Shown in pieces: positions 39,669-52,080 of a stretch of DNA of 64,000 nt (position 1 is its first letter; each line of letters starts with the position of its first letter). The translations under genes were made by a program, and so were the position numbers. The notes under the pieces were generated by a model that had not been told where the DNA came from, searched no databases, and saw nothing but the letters and a program-made list of their open reading frames with translations. The DNA comes from Octopus vulgaris (Eukaryota): contig OX597827.1 in assembly GCA_951406725.2 (NCBI GenBank), forward strand, positions 26,722,001 through 26,786,000. Direction: 5' to 3'.

Positions 39669-39854
39669 CTCTAAAAAATGTATTGCCATATTATTTGAAA
39701 ACCTGAAATTAATTAAAATCGGTCAAATCAGTGAGAATCCAATCCGAGTCATCTCATTGTTGACGCTTTGGCATTTTACATCTCTCTCTTCGTCTGTCTG
39801 TCTCTCTATCCCTCGCTCCCTCCCCCTCTCGCTCTCCGTCTGTCAATCTGTCAG

Positions 39855-39917
<63 letters not shown>

Positions 39918-40640
39918 AAACCCTTAATCTAGACACTCTGGTCATTTTATCGCCCTCACACAAGCTAAAATCGCCTCTGATCTTATTCATCTCCCTCAAG
40001 TGGAAATTGCGTGTTTTATTTTTGTTCATGTTTTATATGTTGTTCTCATATTTTAGGTGTTTTTCGTTTTACAGCCGCTGTCAAGAGTTGATTGCAAAAT
40101 CATTTTACTTCCTTTTTCCGGTACTCATGTTGGCGATTTCCGACTAATTCAGAGTAAGAGCATGGGTCATAATTGGTCCTACGGTTAAGAAGTGTGTTTT
40201 GCAATCTCGCCATTGTGCGTTCGGTCCCACTCTATTCACCTTTGAAATATATCTTCTTCCATGGTCCTCGGCGTCACACAGGCTTTAGAAGTTTGAAATC
40301 CAATATTTACTAGCTTTATGTGCTTCGAGATCCATTGTTACAATCAAGAATTATTTCCCGTTCTCGCGAAATTTTGTGAAATTATCAGGATTTTCCTTGG
40401 GGAAAATACTGTTCGACGGATTACTGAAACATAATATTTATCCCTTGCTGGATTTATACCACTACCATCACTACCACGACCACCAATACCATCGCCACGA
40501 CGACGACGACGACGACCACCACCACCACCACCACAACAACAACAACAATAACAACAACAACAATAACAACAACGCTTAATTCATGTGTCCGTTTTGCAGA
40601 GTTCTTAATAAGTAATCACTTTAAAAAGATCCCATAATCT

Positions 40641-40922
40641 CTGACAAGTGATATTCGTAGCCACTTCAACATGGCTGTCCATTCGAGCGGACTCTACTGC
40701 GATTTTTTAACCCCAAATGGACATCTCCTCTAGCTGGTTAACGATGCACAGCTGCATCCTATAAAATTGCGAGCAGGGGAGCCAACCTGTCCCATCTTCT
40801 ATCGGACGCAACTGTGCATCATTAACCAGCTAGAAGAGATGTCTTCTTGGGGTTAAAAATATCACAATAGACCCTTTCGAACGGACAGCCATGTTAAAGT
40901 GGCTACGAATATTATTTGTTAG
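40641..40922. mobile_element. Hairpin MITE
   Basis: ~125-bp inverted arms atattcgtagccacttcaacatggctgtcc.. / ..ggacagccatgttaaagtggctacgaatat. Confidence 0.85.
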
Positions 40923-41035
40923 GACAACTAGTGCGTTGATTTCTTGGAGAGATTTTAGAACTAGCATTTCTGCTCCTATTGGTTCTGTTTTTAAGGAACC
41001 CTCATCTAGCTCTCACAGATTCTACTCACCGTATT

Positions 41036-41332
41036 TGTTTGTTCCTTCTCGAGCCACACCTGGCTCATAAGGGCCGGTTTCCCGGTTTCCTTGGTGTATC
41101 GGTTCCCCACCTGGAGTGGACACCGGTCCGTCGCAGTCAGCTGCTAGATGCATGAGGAAAGAGAGAAAGTTGTGGCGAAAGAGTCAGCAGAAGTTCGCCA
41201 TTACCTTCTGCCGGAGCTGCGTGGAGCTTAGGTGTTGCGCTCATAAACACACACATCGCGCGGTCTGAGATTCGAACCCGCGATCCCTCGACCGCGAGTC
41301 CACTGCTTTAACAACTAGGCTATGTACCTCCA
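41036..41332 (-). mobile_element. Meta/MESC-like tRNA SINE
   Basis: B box gggttcgaatctc on - strand; tail gaaaccgggaaaccggcccttatgagcc. Confidence 0.8.
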
Positions 41333-42097
41333 CACTCGCTATATTTACGATAACATAATTAATCTAAAATATTGACATAAAAGAACACATGACTAAACAG
41401 GAACGATAGATATCGAAGCAGACAAAGCTACAAATTACAGCATGCAAATACTAAACCAAAAAATCCTCCGGTTTAAAAAAAACGGGGGCCAGAATTCCTA
41501 AAGCTTTGAAGAACTTATGATGGAACAGCGTAATGTATCGAAGGAAAATTCATAATATGTTTTCTGCCTCTTAACAAACATTTAATTTTTAAAACATGTA
41601 AACATGTGTTTCATGTTCAATCTAAGATTTCACGAAACGGTAAACATAATTTTAAAAATGTTTGATGTAATCTAATTTCAGTTCTACGCACATATTTTTG
41701 TGTATAGGTTAATGCAAACCTTACGCTAGCGTGTCTAACAAAACTTTATATATCTCCCCACATGATACACCCACAAATAAATAATTATATGTGTATATAT
41801 AACTAAATATGCGTTTATCAATTCGTTCAGATGGGGCTGAGGGGAAGACCATACTGCTGCTCAAAACTATGACGCACACACAAGCATACACACATACACA
41901 CACACACAAGCATACACACATACACACACACACACACAAGCATACACGGACACATAAACACACAAACGCACGAGCGGGCGTGCACACACGCGCGCACACA
42001 CACAAACAAAGATACAAAAGCATGCGCACACAAGAATACACATCTTAGAAGAATAGAATAGAGGAAGTGGAGCAAGAACGCACGCAAAAACGAAAAG

Positions 42098-42142
42098 TGT
42101 CGCTGAAGAGGTCACAGACATGTGACGAAAGATTTTCGGACA
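42098..42142 (+). ncRNA. Type I hammerhead ribozyme candidate
   Basis: tgtcg-CTGAAGA-g-gtcaca(gaca)tgtgac-GAAA-gattt-TC-ggaca; one mismatch at the base of stem I. Confidence 0.65.
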
Positions 42143-42247
42143 ATGAACCTGAGTTAAAATAATAAAATAGAAACAGTAATAAACGGGTGTAGAAAAAATA
42201 TATATATATAGTGCGTGTGTTTGGCAACAAAATGACCATGCCAAAAT

Positions 42248-42296
<49 letters not shown>

Positions 42297-42297
<1 letters not shown>

Positions 42298-42518
42298 TCT
42301 TTTATTCTTTTACTTGTTTCAGTCATTTGACTGTGGCCATGCTGGAGCACCGCCTTTAGTCGAGCAAATCGACCCCAGAACTTATTCTTTGTAAGCCCAG
42401 TACTTATTCTATCGGTCACTTTTGCCGAACCGCTAAGTGACGGCGACGTAGACACACCAGCATCGGTTGTCAAGCAATGCTAAGGGAACCAAACACAGAC
42501 ACACAAACAACCACAAAC

Positions 42519-42549
<31 letters not shown>

Positions 42550-42711
42550 TACGACGGGCTTCTTTCAGTTTCCGTCTACAAATCCACTCACAAGGCTTTG
42601 GTTGGTTTGAGGCTATAGTAGAAGACATTTGCCCAATATGCCACGCAGTGGGACTGAACCCGGAACCATGTGGTTGGTAAGCAAGCTACTTACAACAGAG
42701 CCACTCCTGCG

Positions 42712-42713
<2 letters not shown>
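42297..42713 (-). mobile_element. SINE family 1, full-length reference copy
   Basis: Head ggcgcaggagtggctctgttgtaag, B box gggttcagtccc, tail ..gactgaaacaagtaaaaga; about 20 copies or fragments in the window. Confidence 0.9.
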
Positions 42714-42752
<39 letters not shown>

Positions 42753-43047
42753 GATTTCGCAAAAAACACTAGGACATGCTAATACTGATATCATCAAATA
42801 TTATCAACAATATATTCGGTCATTCGTAGTCCCTGCTCTTCCATCGACTTCAACGCAACAAGCCATTCCATCACCCAGTCATTCGTAAGCTGCATCTTCG
42901 CAGTGTTCTCTCTCCTACCACTTCATGTCTATATATAGTGCTCCTATGATCCTTCTTGCGTTCCTTATCAGTTGTAGCCAATTTTTTTTTTCTAACATAG
43001 AGAAAGTAACACTCCACTTTGTCCCTTCATTTTTTCTCTTTTCAAAT

Positions 43048-43085
43048 TTTCTCTGAAGAAGGACCTTGTCCGAAATGTTGAATTT
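43048..43085 (+). ncRNA. Degenerate hammerhead motif (family A-like)
   Basis: CTGAAGA-a-ggac(ctt)gtcc-GAAA-tgttg; cleavage triplet and stem I are defective. Confidence 0.45.
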
Positions 43086-43100
43086 TCTACACAACTCAGC

Positions 43101-43549
43101 AAAGTGATAATATGTTGTCAACTTAATGAAAGGGAAGAAAGCTACTGTTATTTAGCCCTAGGAAATACCGTCTCCTGTTGAACTCGACACATTTCCTCTG
43201 TCCTTATATTTTCAAAGTGGAGACAAGCAACTCCACCCAGCAAAGCCAACACTCAGAGACTAGTTTCACAGTCATTGCTCATCATAAGTCTGGAGTAGCA
43301 TGGCTTACTAACTGTCAATGCCTATCCGCCTTTGAAAACACATATATTTCAAGTGAAATACATTCACTGATTTTTTTAAATAGAAATAATACGTTGCTGG
43401 GTGGGGGTACTTGCTTCCACTTTGAAAACATAAGGACACAGTAAATGTGTCAAATCCAACAGGAGACGGTGTTTCCTGGGGCTAAATAAAAGTAGCATTC
43501 TTCCCTTTCATGGAACTGTCACATTAAGTTGACAACATACTATCCCTTT
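43101..43549. mobile_element. MITE with ~140-bp arms
   Basis: aaagtgataatatgttgtcaacttaatg..cacccagcaa / ttgctgggtg..cattaagttgacaacatactatcccttt. Confidence 0.85.
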
Positions 43550-43747
43550 ATCATGCTACTAGTACATAAAATTCTCTGAGAGATTTAGAAATGAATTATT
43601 TCTACCGTTCAGCAAGTTCACTGAAATCCTTTACTAAACAATACAAGCCTGGCCACTGAGGATCAGAACCAGTCCTTTTGTAGCTTGTTTGATCATCGCT
43701 AGCCACTCAACCTTTTCTATTTTCTCTCCCTGTTTATTTCTGTGTTC

Positions 43748-43783
43748 CTTTCTGTTGAAGAGCGTAGGCTCGAAACATAAAAG
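43748..43783 (+). ncRNA. Hammerhead motif, family A, A6U core change
   Basis: cttt-CTGTTGA-a-gagc(gtag)gctc-GAAA-ca-TA-aaag; downstream gagccttaaactaatac shared with family A. Confidence 0.55.
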
Positions 43784-44039
43784 ACTTACTCACTTTCCGA
43801 GCCTTAAACTAATACATCCGTTTGTTGTTTACACACCCGTCTTCGTCTTTTGTTTTGTTTGTTTTTTTTGCAAAATTTCAGTACATACATACTTTACATC
43901 TATCCATCTATCCATCCATCCATCCATCTATCCATCCATCCATCCATCCATCCATCCATCCATCCATACATACATACATACATACATACATACATACAGT
44001 TATATATATGTGTGTGTGTGTGTGTGTGTACGTGCAGTG

Positions 44040-44165
44040 TATGAGGGGGTGCTAAGAAGTTCTTGGTTTTGGACAAAAGAAAACAGGAGAATCAGTTAAT
44101 TATGATTCACATTTATTGCAGCGATCCTTCAGCTTTTCTAAGCCCTGTAAAAGAACTCGGAAGTT
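44040..44165 (-). mobile_element. Mariner 3' end fragment
   Basis: - strand QGLEKLKDRCNKC followed by TIR-like end with TA. Confidence 0.55.
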
Positions 44166-44214
44166 TAGGCCTCCAGCCAGGCCATTCGCGAGACACTTAA
44201 AGGCAGGAAATTTA

Positions 44215-44253
<39 letters not shown>

Positions 44254-45188
44254 GCCAACGATGCACAGATTTTGTCACACAACAGACCCTTCTTTTAACA
44301 ACATCCGAAGATTTGGTTATGTTATTTTTCTTGCAAGTCAAACAGAGGAAGATTTGGTTGCCATTTTTCTTACAAGTCAAACTACAGTATACAAGTTTTT
44401 GCAAGGATGGTGTATTAATGGCCGTTGTGATTAATATTGTTCTGACTAAAGCAAGTGGCTATACGAAACCTGACCGCATACTGTGATCAGTGAGTATAAC
44501 CCGGTGACATTAAACGCTGCTCCAACAGCATTTTCATATTTCCTGACTTTTGGCCCAGCCTATAGTTTGATGGAACTAGCTGCATTCATTTGGCATTTCT
44601 AACTCTAAGCTATTTGAAATTGCATGGAATTACAGCTTCAAATTCACCCAACATTTACCTTTTCAAACACGTATCGTCTATGCTAAAAGTCGCAAGACGT
44701 TTGCTTGCGGCGTGACAACGTCGCATTATGTCGTCTGTCAAGGATGAATTTTTAGATGTAAAGGAATAAATATGAAATGCTTCTTTATCTCTTGAGGTAT
44801 ATCTATGTTCAATCGGATAGATGTTCATGCATGATCTTCTAGTTTATATATTCATAAAGTAAACACATCTGTATCTTTATAAGTATACATACTTGTATTT
44901 AACTTTCTTATAAATATATCGTTCTTAAATAAACTCCGTAACGCTATAATCTAAAGCATTGAGTTCTAACTACTGGTTAGTTGTGACGCTATGGCTAAAC
45001 GTATCATAATGTATGTGCATGTATAGGTGACTATGTGTTTATATATATATCTGTGTGTGTGTGTGTGTATGTATATATATACAATGAATGGATCTCTTAT
45101 GCGTTCGAATATGCCTTAAACATATTGGAACTGGTTACAAGCTTTATTTATACAACTTAATGCTTAGCGTTTTCGCCTCGTCTCTCTC

Positions 45189-45276
<88 letters not shown>

Positions 45277-45392
45277 TGCGTGCGTGTGCGTGCGTGCGTG
45301 CGTGCGTGTGCGTGCGTGCGTGCGTGCGTGTGCGTGCGTGCGTGCGTGCGCGTTCGTGCGTGCGTGTGTGTGTCTGTGTCTGTCTGTCTGTT

Positions 45393-46461
45393 TACTCAGA
45401 CGACTTCGGAATCTCCTGCAACTCTTCTGGACAGTCTCCTTGTTTATGTTTGTGAATGCTGCCATAATCCTTGCCTTCAGTTCAGCTTTGGTGTTACAAG
45501 GAGTTTTGTTGATCTCTCGCTCAACTGCGCCCCACACATAATAATCAAGGAGGTTGCTGTCTGGGAAGTTAGATGGCCAGATGATAGGTGTGATGTTGTC
45601 GCAAAAATTGTCAGACAGACTCCTGTTGCCAGATATAGGGTTTTCCAGCAGCCACCCCCTTTGACCCAGGGCAGCCCTACCTCCTTCAGGCTCTTGATGT
45701 AAGCCTTCGTGTTGAGTGTCAGGCCATGTGGGAGGATGAATGGAGGCATCACTAGTGATCACTCGAAAGACAATGATGTTGACTGGATGTTTTATTTTCA
45801 TCACTCTCGGTACATATTTTGGGGACATGGTAAGCCAACGGATGTTCTGTATGTTCACCATCTGATCATGGCAGAAATGTTTCTCGTCTGAGTAAAACAC
45901 AAAGCATGTTTGCTTGAAGGGGATGCTTGAGTTTGTTCAAAGGCTTTCCTTTTGTCGTTGATAGCTTGGGATTATCCCAATAATTGACCCTTTCTCATCT
46001 TGCATAAGGAATACCAAGTGTCTTCATGCACAACCTAATTGATAAGAAACTGAAACCCTCCCATGTCTCTGGCGATGTACCAGATTGACTTGCAGCGATC
46101 GTTGTCGATCATGGCCTGGATCTCATCAACAAATTCAGGAGTTCTTTTCTTATCAAAACCAACAAAGTAAGTTTTGTGAGCTGTCGTACCTCCGTAATCA
46201 CCATTATATTCAGCCACTCCTTCCAGATCCTCTGCAATGCCCTTAGATTGACATCCAAACACTCTGAAATGTCCATGTTGAAGCTTCCAGCATATCATTT
46301 CCAAATTTCTGGCGGAGTGAATTGCATCATGGTGCTGTTTTTCTCACAGACGGTGCCCATCTGACCCTACTATACTGTGTAGTCGACAAAATCAAAAGCA
46401 AATAATGAGCATGCATGAGATTAAAAATATAAAATTGCAACAATTTACCCATCGAACCCAG
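45393..46461 (-). mobile_element. maT (DD37D-like) Tc1/mariner transposase pseudogene
   Basis: FYSDEKHF..NIQNIRW; [30 protein letters not shown]; frameshifted. Confidence 0.85.
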
Positions 46462-47037
46462 TATATATACATATTATCTTTTCTATTTTACTTGTTTTAG
46501 TCATTAGACTGCGGCCATGCTGGGGCATCACCTTGAAGAACTTAATTCGACCGAGTCGACCCTTGTGCTTGTTTTGTCGTCCTCTTTAACCGATAACATA
46601 TGGGGACGTAAACACACCAACATCGGTTGTCAAGCGATAGTGGGAGACAAGCACAGACACAAAAAACACTCACACACATGCACGCATACACAGATAAATA
46701 CACACACAAATACACATATACATAGTGTAACCAGCCATTGAACTATGTCGGGAATATCATAATAGGAGTGTGTGTGTGTATTTGTGTGTGTCTCCTGTTC
46801 GCAGCGTCTGCCTTTCCGGTGTCCGGTGCTGAAGAGGAAATAACCAATTCGAAATGCAACAGCCTAGTTAGGGAACGCTGCGAGCTGACTCGGTGTATAC
46901 AAACCTGTCTTCAGCGAGAAATTTTCTCTATCACAAGATACGTTCGAACATGCTTTAAACATATTTGCACAGGTAAGGCGCTTGCATTTATACCACTCAG
47001 TGCTGAACGCTGTCACCTCGTCTCTCTCCCTCTCTAT

Positions 47038-47139
<102 letters not shown>

Positions 47140-47171
47140 GTGAGCCAGAGAGAAAGAGAGAGAAATAATTT

Positions 47172-47249
<78 letters not shown>

Positions 47250-47268
47250 TTTACATATATATGTATGC

Positions 47269-47302
<34 letters not shown>

Positions 47303-47307
47303 CTATA

Positions 47308-47429
<122 letters not shown>

Positions 47430-47979
47430 GATAGATAGGAATAGATATATATTTACATACATATATATACATATATATACAAACGCACACACGCAAAACA
47501 CACACACACACTCACACATATATATGTGTAAACTTACATCTGTCTCTGGTTATCATGTGTGTGTGCGTGTGCGTGCTTGAGGGTGGATGCATGTCTGTGT
47601 GCTGTGAGTGTGTGTGTGTATGTATGTGTGTGTGAGTGTGTGTGTACGTGTGCATATGTGTCTGTGTGTGGCACTCAATCACCAGTTCATTTATCTGCTG
47701 TATCTACTTCATTCTAATTCTCCGTATATTGGAATATATCATCACTTCCAGATAATGTTCCTTCACCAAAATAATCCACGCGCTTACACTTATGGGGTGT
47801 CCGTGAGAGGCATTATGCAAAGACAACGATATGGTAAACAATAACTTTCTATTCTTCAAGATTTTCCATCCATTGGAGAAAACCTTAGAAATGCAAACAG
47901 CAAACTACAAACACACAATGCTCATGCGCATGTCAGTGTATGCCTTCATAGATGCGCGTATACGTGCATGATGTGTGCG

Positions 47980-48028
<49 letters not shown>

Positions 48029-48055
48029 GTGTGGGCATATGTATAAATAGATGGG

Positions 48056-48087
<32 letters not shown>

Positions 48088-48671
48088 CATAGATATATAT
48101 ATACGTTTACATATGTGTGTGCATGTGCATGTGCGTGTACGAGAGTGTGTGTTTGTATGCACACACATACATATATATGTATGTGTGTGTATGTATCTAT
48201 GTATACACACACATCACACACAAGCTATCGGAAGTGTTGTGAAACTATATAAGTGATTCCATCACCCACATGCATTATTTATCTGGCGCTTTTATCCAAC
48301 TCTCAACTCGATAACCTGCTTACACATAGCCTACCTTATCTGTTTATATATGTACTTATATAATTACCTACCTGCCTCTATCTATTTGTATACCTCAGTG
48401 TCTCTCCACCACCACTCTCTCTCTCTCTTTCTCTGCATTTCAAACTCATCATTAATGCATAGTCTCTCAACTTACAATAAATAACTGCCAAATCTACCTT
48501 AAATTACATTCTACCGTCTAAAATATGGGGGACATTAAATAATACGGTGCTAAATACGATTAAAAAGGTGTGATGGTCACGGCTGGTGTCCAAAGTACCT
48601 TACTTCCACTTTATACGTATGACCTCCAAAGAAATACACATGGGTGTATATCATACGTATATTCATACGTA

Positions 48672-49925
48672 TTGTTTCATCTCATAAATAATGTGCTGTT
48701 TTTTTTATCCAATTGCCTGAACTAAAAGTCGGATGGGGACGGGATAAACTACCTGTATCAACTTGCAAAAAAGCAGGTAGTAATTTTACCTTGTGCTTAT
48801 TCTTGGCGATAGTTTTGAAGAGTGCAGTTCGAATTTAACAGTTATTTTTTCAAAGCTATAATGGTAGTGACAAAGGTGTATATTCGGCAGCAACGCAACA
48901 GAGTATGAGGAATATTAATGCAGTGTATGGAGATCGGACTATAAGCGTAAGCCAGTGTCAACGGTGCTTCCACAAATTCCGAGCCGGTAACTACAGTCTA
49001 GAAGACGAGCCTTGTCCTGAAAGATCTGTGGAGCACGACAAGGGCGTTCTGCAAACCCTGGTGGAACAAAATCCATTTTAACTGTTGAGAAACTAGCAGA
49101 AAAGCCTGGATTTGGTCATTCAACCATTTATCGACATACGCGTGCCATCGGAAAAATCAGCAAATTGAGGCAATGGGTTCCTCACAAACTTCCCAAGTTT
49201 AATCGCACACAGAGAGTAAATGTGTGCACTTCTTTGCTGCCACATCTTATGAAGGAACCTTTTATGAACCGAAGAGGGACTGGTGACAGGAAATGGGTTG
49301 TCTATAAAAATGTCAAGCGCTGGGTAAGGAAAGGAGAAACACCTGAACTCCAGGCTAAAGAAGGTCTTCACCCACGCAAGGTATTGTTATCTGTCTGGTG
49401 GGATAAGAAAGGTTTAGTCCACTTTGAACTTTTAATTCCAAACCAAATGGTAACAAAGGAGATCTACTGCGAGCAGCTCGAGCGGCTTAAGTCAGCGCTT
49501 GAAGAAAAACAACCATCTTTGGTTTCAAGACAAAAGGTGCACATCCATCAGGTAAATGCTTGGCCACATACAGTGAGGATGACATTCCAAAGGCTGGAGC
49601 AGTATGAATGGGAAACGATGCCCCACCCACCATATTCGCCGCGCATTACCCCCATTTAATTATCATTTATTCGGCAGTCTTCAAAATCAATTGGACGGGA
49701 AAAATATAAATTCTGTAGGCGAGGTCAGAACAGTACTGGAAGAGTATTTTTCGTCACAGGCAAGTGAATTTTAGAAGAGGGACCTTGCAAGTCTATCAGA
49801 TAGATGGAAGAGCATAACAGAAAATGAAGGACGGTATATTTTAGATTAAAAAAGAACTTTGCTTATCTTAATTATGAAAAATAAAAGAAGTATAAAAAAC
49901 CGCATTATTTATAGGATGACTCATT
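48672..49925 (+). mobile_element. Near full-length decayed mariner (DD34D) with TIRs
   Basis: WVPHKL, TGDRKWV, KVLLSVWWD, HPPYSP motifs; matching TIRs tcatc..ataaataatg; ATG ~48861, stop ~49848; frameshifts. Confidence 0.92.
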
Positions 49926-50769
49926 ATATATGCATTTGTATTCAATCATACACAGATATATACTCACACATGTATACATACATACATACATACATACATA
50001 CACATACACACATATATATGTGTGTGTGTGTGTATATAAATATGCATCTATATATATAATCTTCTGTGCGTATATATGTATACACGTATCTAAGTATATC
50101 ACACATAACAAGGTGTTGAATGAGGCGTACATGCGATGTGTCTCATAAGAATGGTTAACAAGTCTTGATCACGGATTGCATTATGTATGCATATATGTGC
50201 ATGTGTATTTGTGTAGGTGTATCTGCGTGTATGTGTGTGTGTGCGTAGGTGGTGTATTCGTTCTTACATGAATGTGGATATGGTCATGCAGAAGCGTGGT
50301 TCTTGATACGAGAGTGCACAAGTGTGTGGTGGCATTATGGTCGTGATTGTGTAGTGAAGGGGACCAACTTTGACCCCAAAACATGTGTTTGCGAAACAGC
50401 ACCATCGTTTTATTAATGACGAGCACATCAAAATGTCGCCGCATATTTTAATTTACACTTATGCACGGGGTAAGCGGCATGGTGACTGTGGCACTGGCTG
50501 TCAATCGAAGATTATTTTGCTTAAGGCATCAAACTTTCCGCTAACGCTGAGATAGGGCTTTGTAGATGGATGTTGTTATGCATGGGTGTGATTGAATGTG
50601 TTCCTTTTGTGATGATGCATGTGTATCATATAGGTTTAGATTAGTGGAATAATTGAATACGGGAGGGAGGTAGCCCGAGGGTGAACAATGACCTGCGCGG
50701 AATGTTTGCATTAATTGCACTTTTGGTGCCAAACGTTTACCTGTGAAGCAGAACGTTCGCAGTATCAGA

Positions 50770-50990
50770 AGACCATAAAGGTCTTGTCTGGAATTAATTG
50801 ACGCAGCGGGGTTATTTAGTAGTAGGTTCTGAAAGAAGAGGATCTGGAAAGCCTCAGTGAGGCATGGATTACAGGGTCAGTGTTTATCTGCGTAAGATTT
50901 GATTGTAGCATTTTTACAACTTAATCAATCGTCAATGTTCACATTCTTAAGCTCCCATATGTATTTTGACAAAGTGGTTGCCGAGCTTGA
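50770..50990 (-). mobile_element. Penelope-like element GIY-YIG endonuclease C-terminal relic
   Basis: - strand SATTLSKYIWELKNVNID..PCNPCLTEAFQIL..INSRQDL, resembling the PLE TLSKYIW.LK..CNLCLTE..LN.R.EL motif. Confidence 0.7.
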
Positions 50991-51422
50991 GTCAAAAGTT
51001 TTAATTACAGTGAAAACAAAGAGATCGCCCTTCCTCTGTACGAGCGGAAAATGTGATCCATCTCACTAGTTCCAGTTATTAAAGGTTCACAAGAAACTGG
51101 TTACTCATCCTTGTTTGCTAGGAGATAAACACTTTATACTTAGAATAAACATGCACACAGACAGAAGTAAATTGGTTTATCGAATCTGGATGCCATTGCA
51201 AGCTTTGGAAAGAAACTTAATTATTTAGTGACTATATATGCGTGAATACAAACTGGTTAGAAGCTTCTCTCTGTAACTAGGAATAAACATCTTGTTCCTG
51301 TTTATGCTTAAATAAAGATGAAAAATAGTTAGATTCATATTGTTTTATGCTGACACAAAGAAAAAAGATGTTGTGTAACTATGATATCTACACATTCATA
51401 GCGGCATGCTAAAAACACACGC

Positions 51423-51482
<60 letters not shown>

Positions 51483-51542
51483 AAGTAATTTAAGTAATTT
51501 AATTAGGTGAAAGTTCTATTTACCGGTTGCGCATTTGTTATG

Positions 51543-51585
<43 letters not shown>

Positions 51586-51635
51586 ATATATATACATACA
51601 TATATACATGCATAAATATACATACATACATACAT

Positions 51636-51672
<37 letters not shown>

Positions 51673-51694
51673 TACATACTGGCAAAAATGTGTA

Positions 51695-51739
51695 CAAGGG
51701 TGAGTCAAAAAGTAATGCCATTTTGTTTAGGACAGGTAT
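51695..51739 (+). mobile_element. Solo mariner TIR (same family as 12414)
   Basis: ta-caagggtgagtcaaaaagtaatgccattttg. Confidence 0.8.
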
Positions 51740-51786
51740 TTAGGTGTTTAGGACAAATATTTTATACACACTTATATATATACACA

Positions 51787-51831
<45 letters not shown>

Positions 51832-51834
<3 letters not shown>

Positions 51835-52080
51835 GGAGTAAACACGTAAATGTGAAACAAGGTGGAAAAAAGAGTACTCAAATACCAGTGGTAGAGTAAT
51901 ATGCTTTATTTAAAGCAGCAGAAAATTCAACAAAACCTGTTACTCTGAGTTTCCCGTTGCCGTTCATCGGACAGTTTTTGCTAGAATAGAACCGATAGAA
52001 CTAGATAGAATTGACATATCGGCAACGGGAAACTCAGAGTAACAGGTTTTGTTGAATTTTCTGCTGCTTTAAATAAAGTA
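51832..52080 (-). mobile_element. Small HHR element with 59-bp perfect inverted duplication, next to (TA)n
   Basis: Arms 51904-51962 and 52020-52078. Confidence 0.75.
51937..51974 (-). ncRNA. Type I hammerhead candidate, U4C variant
   Basis: - strand ctgt-CCGATGA-acg(gcaa)cgg-GAAA-ctc(a)gag-TA|acag. Confidence 0.6.

Noticed and set aside
49165-49659. Active or domesticated (SETMAR-like) transposase gene
   Set aside because: Frameshifts and stops on both sides, altered catalytic motifs and no SET domain nearby.
50350-50390. gtgaag-gggacc..gacccc-aaaa-catgtg, HHR-like
   Set aside because: Needs several core substitutions and has no stem I.
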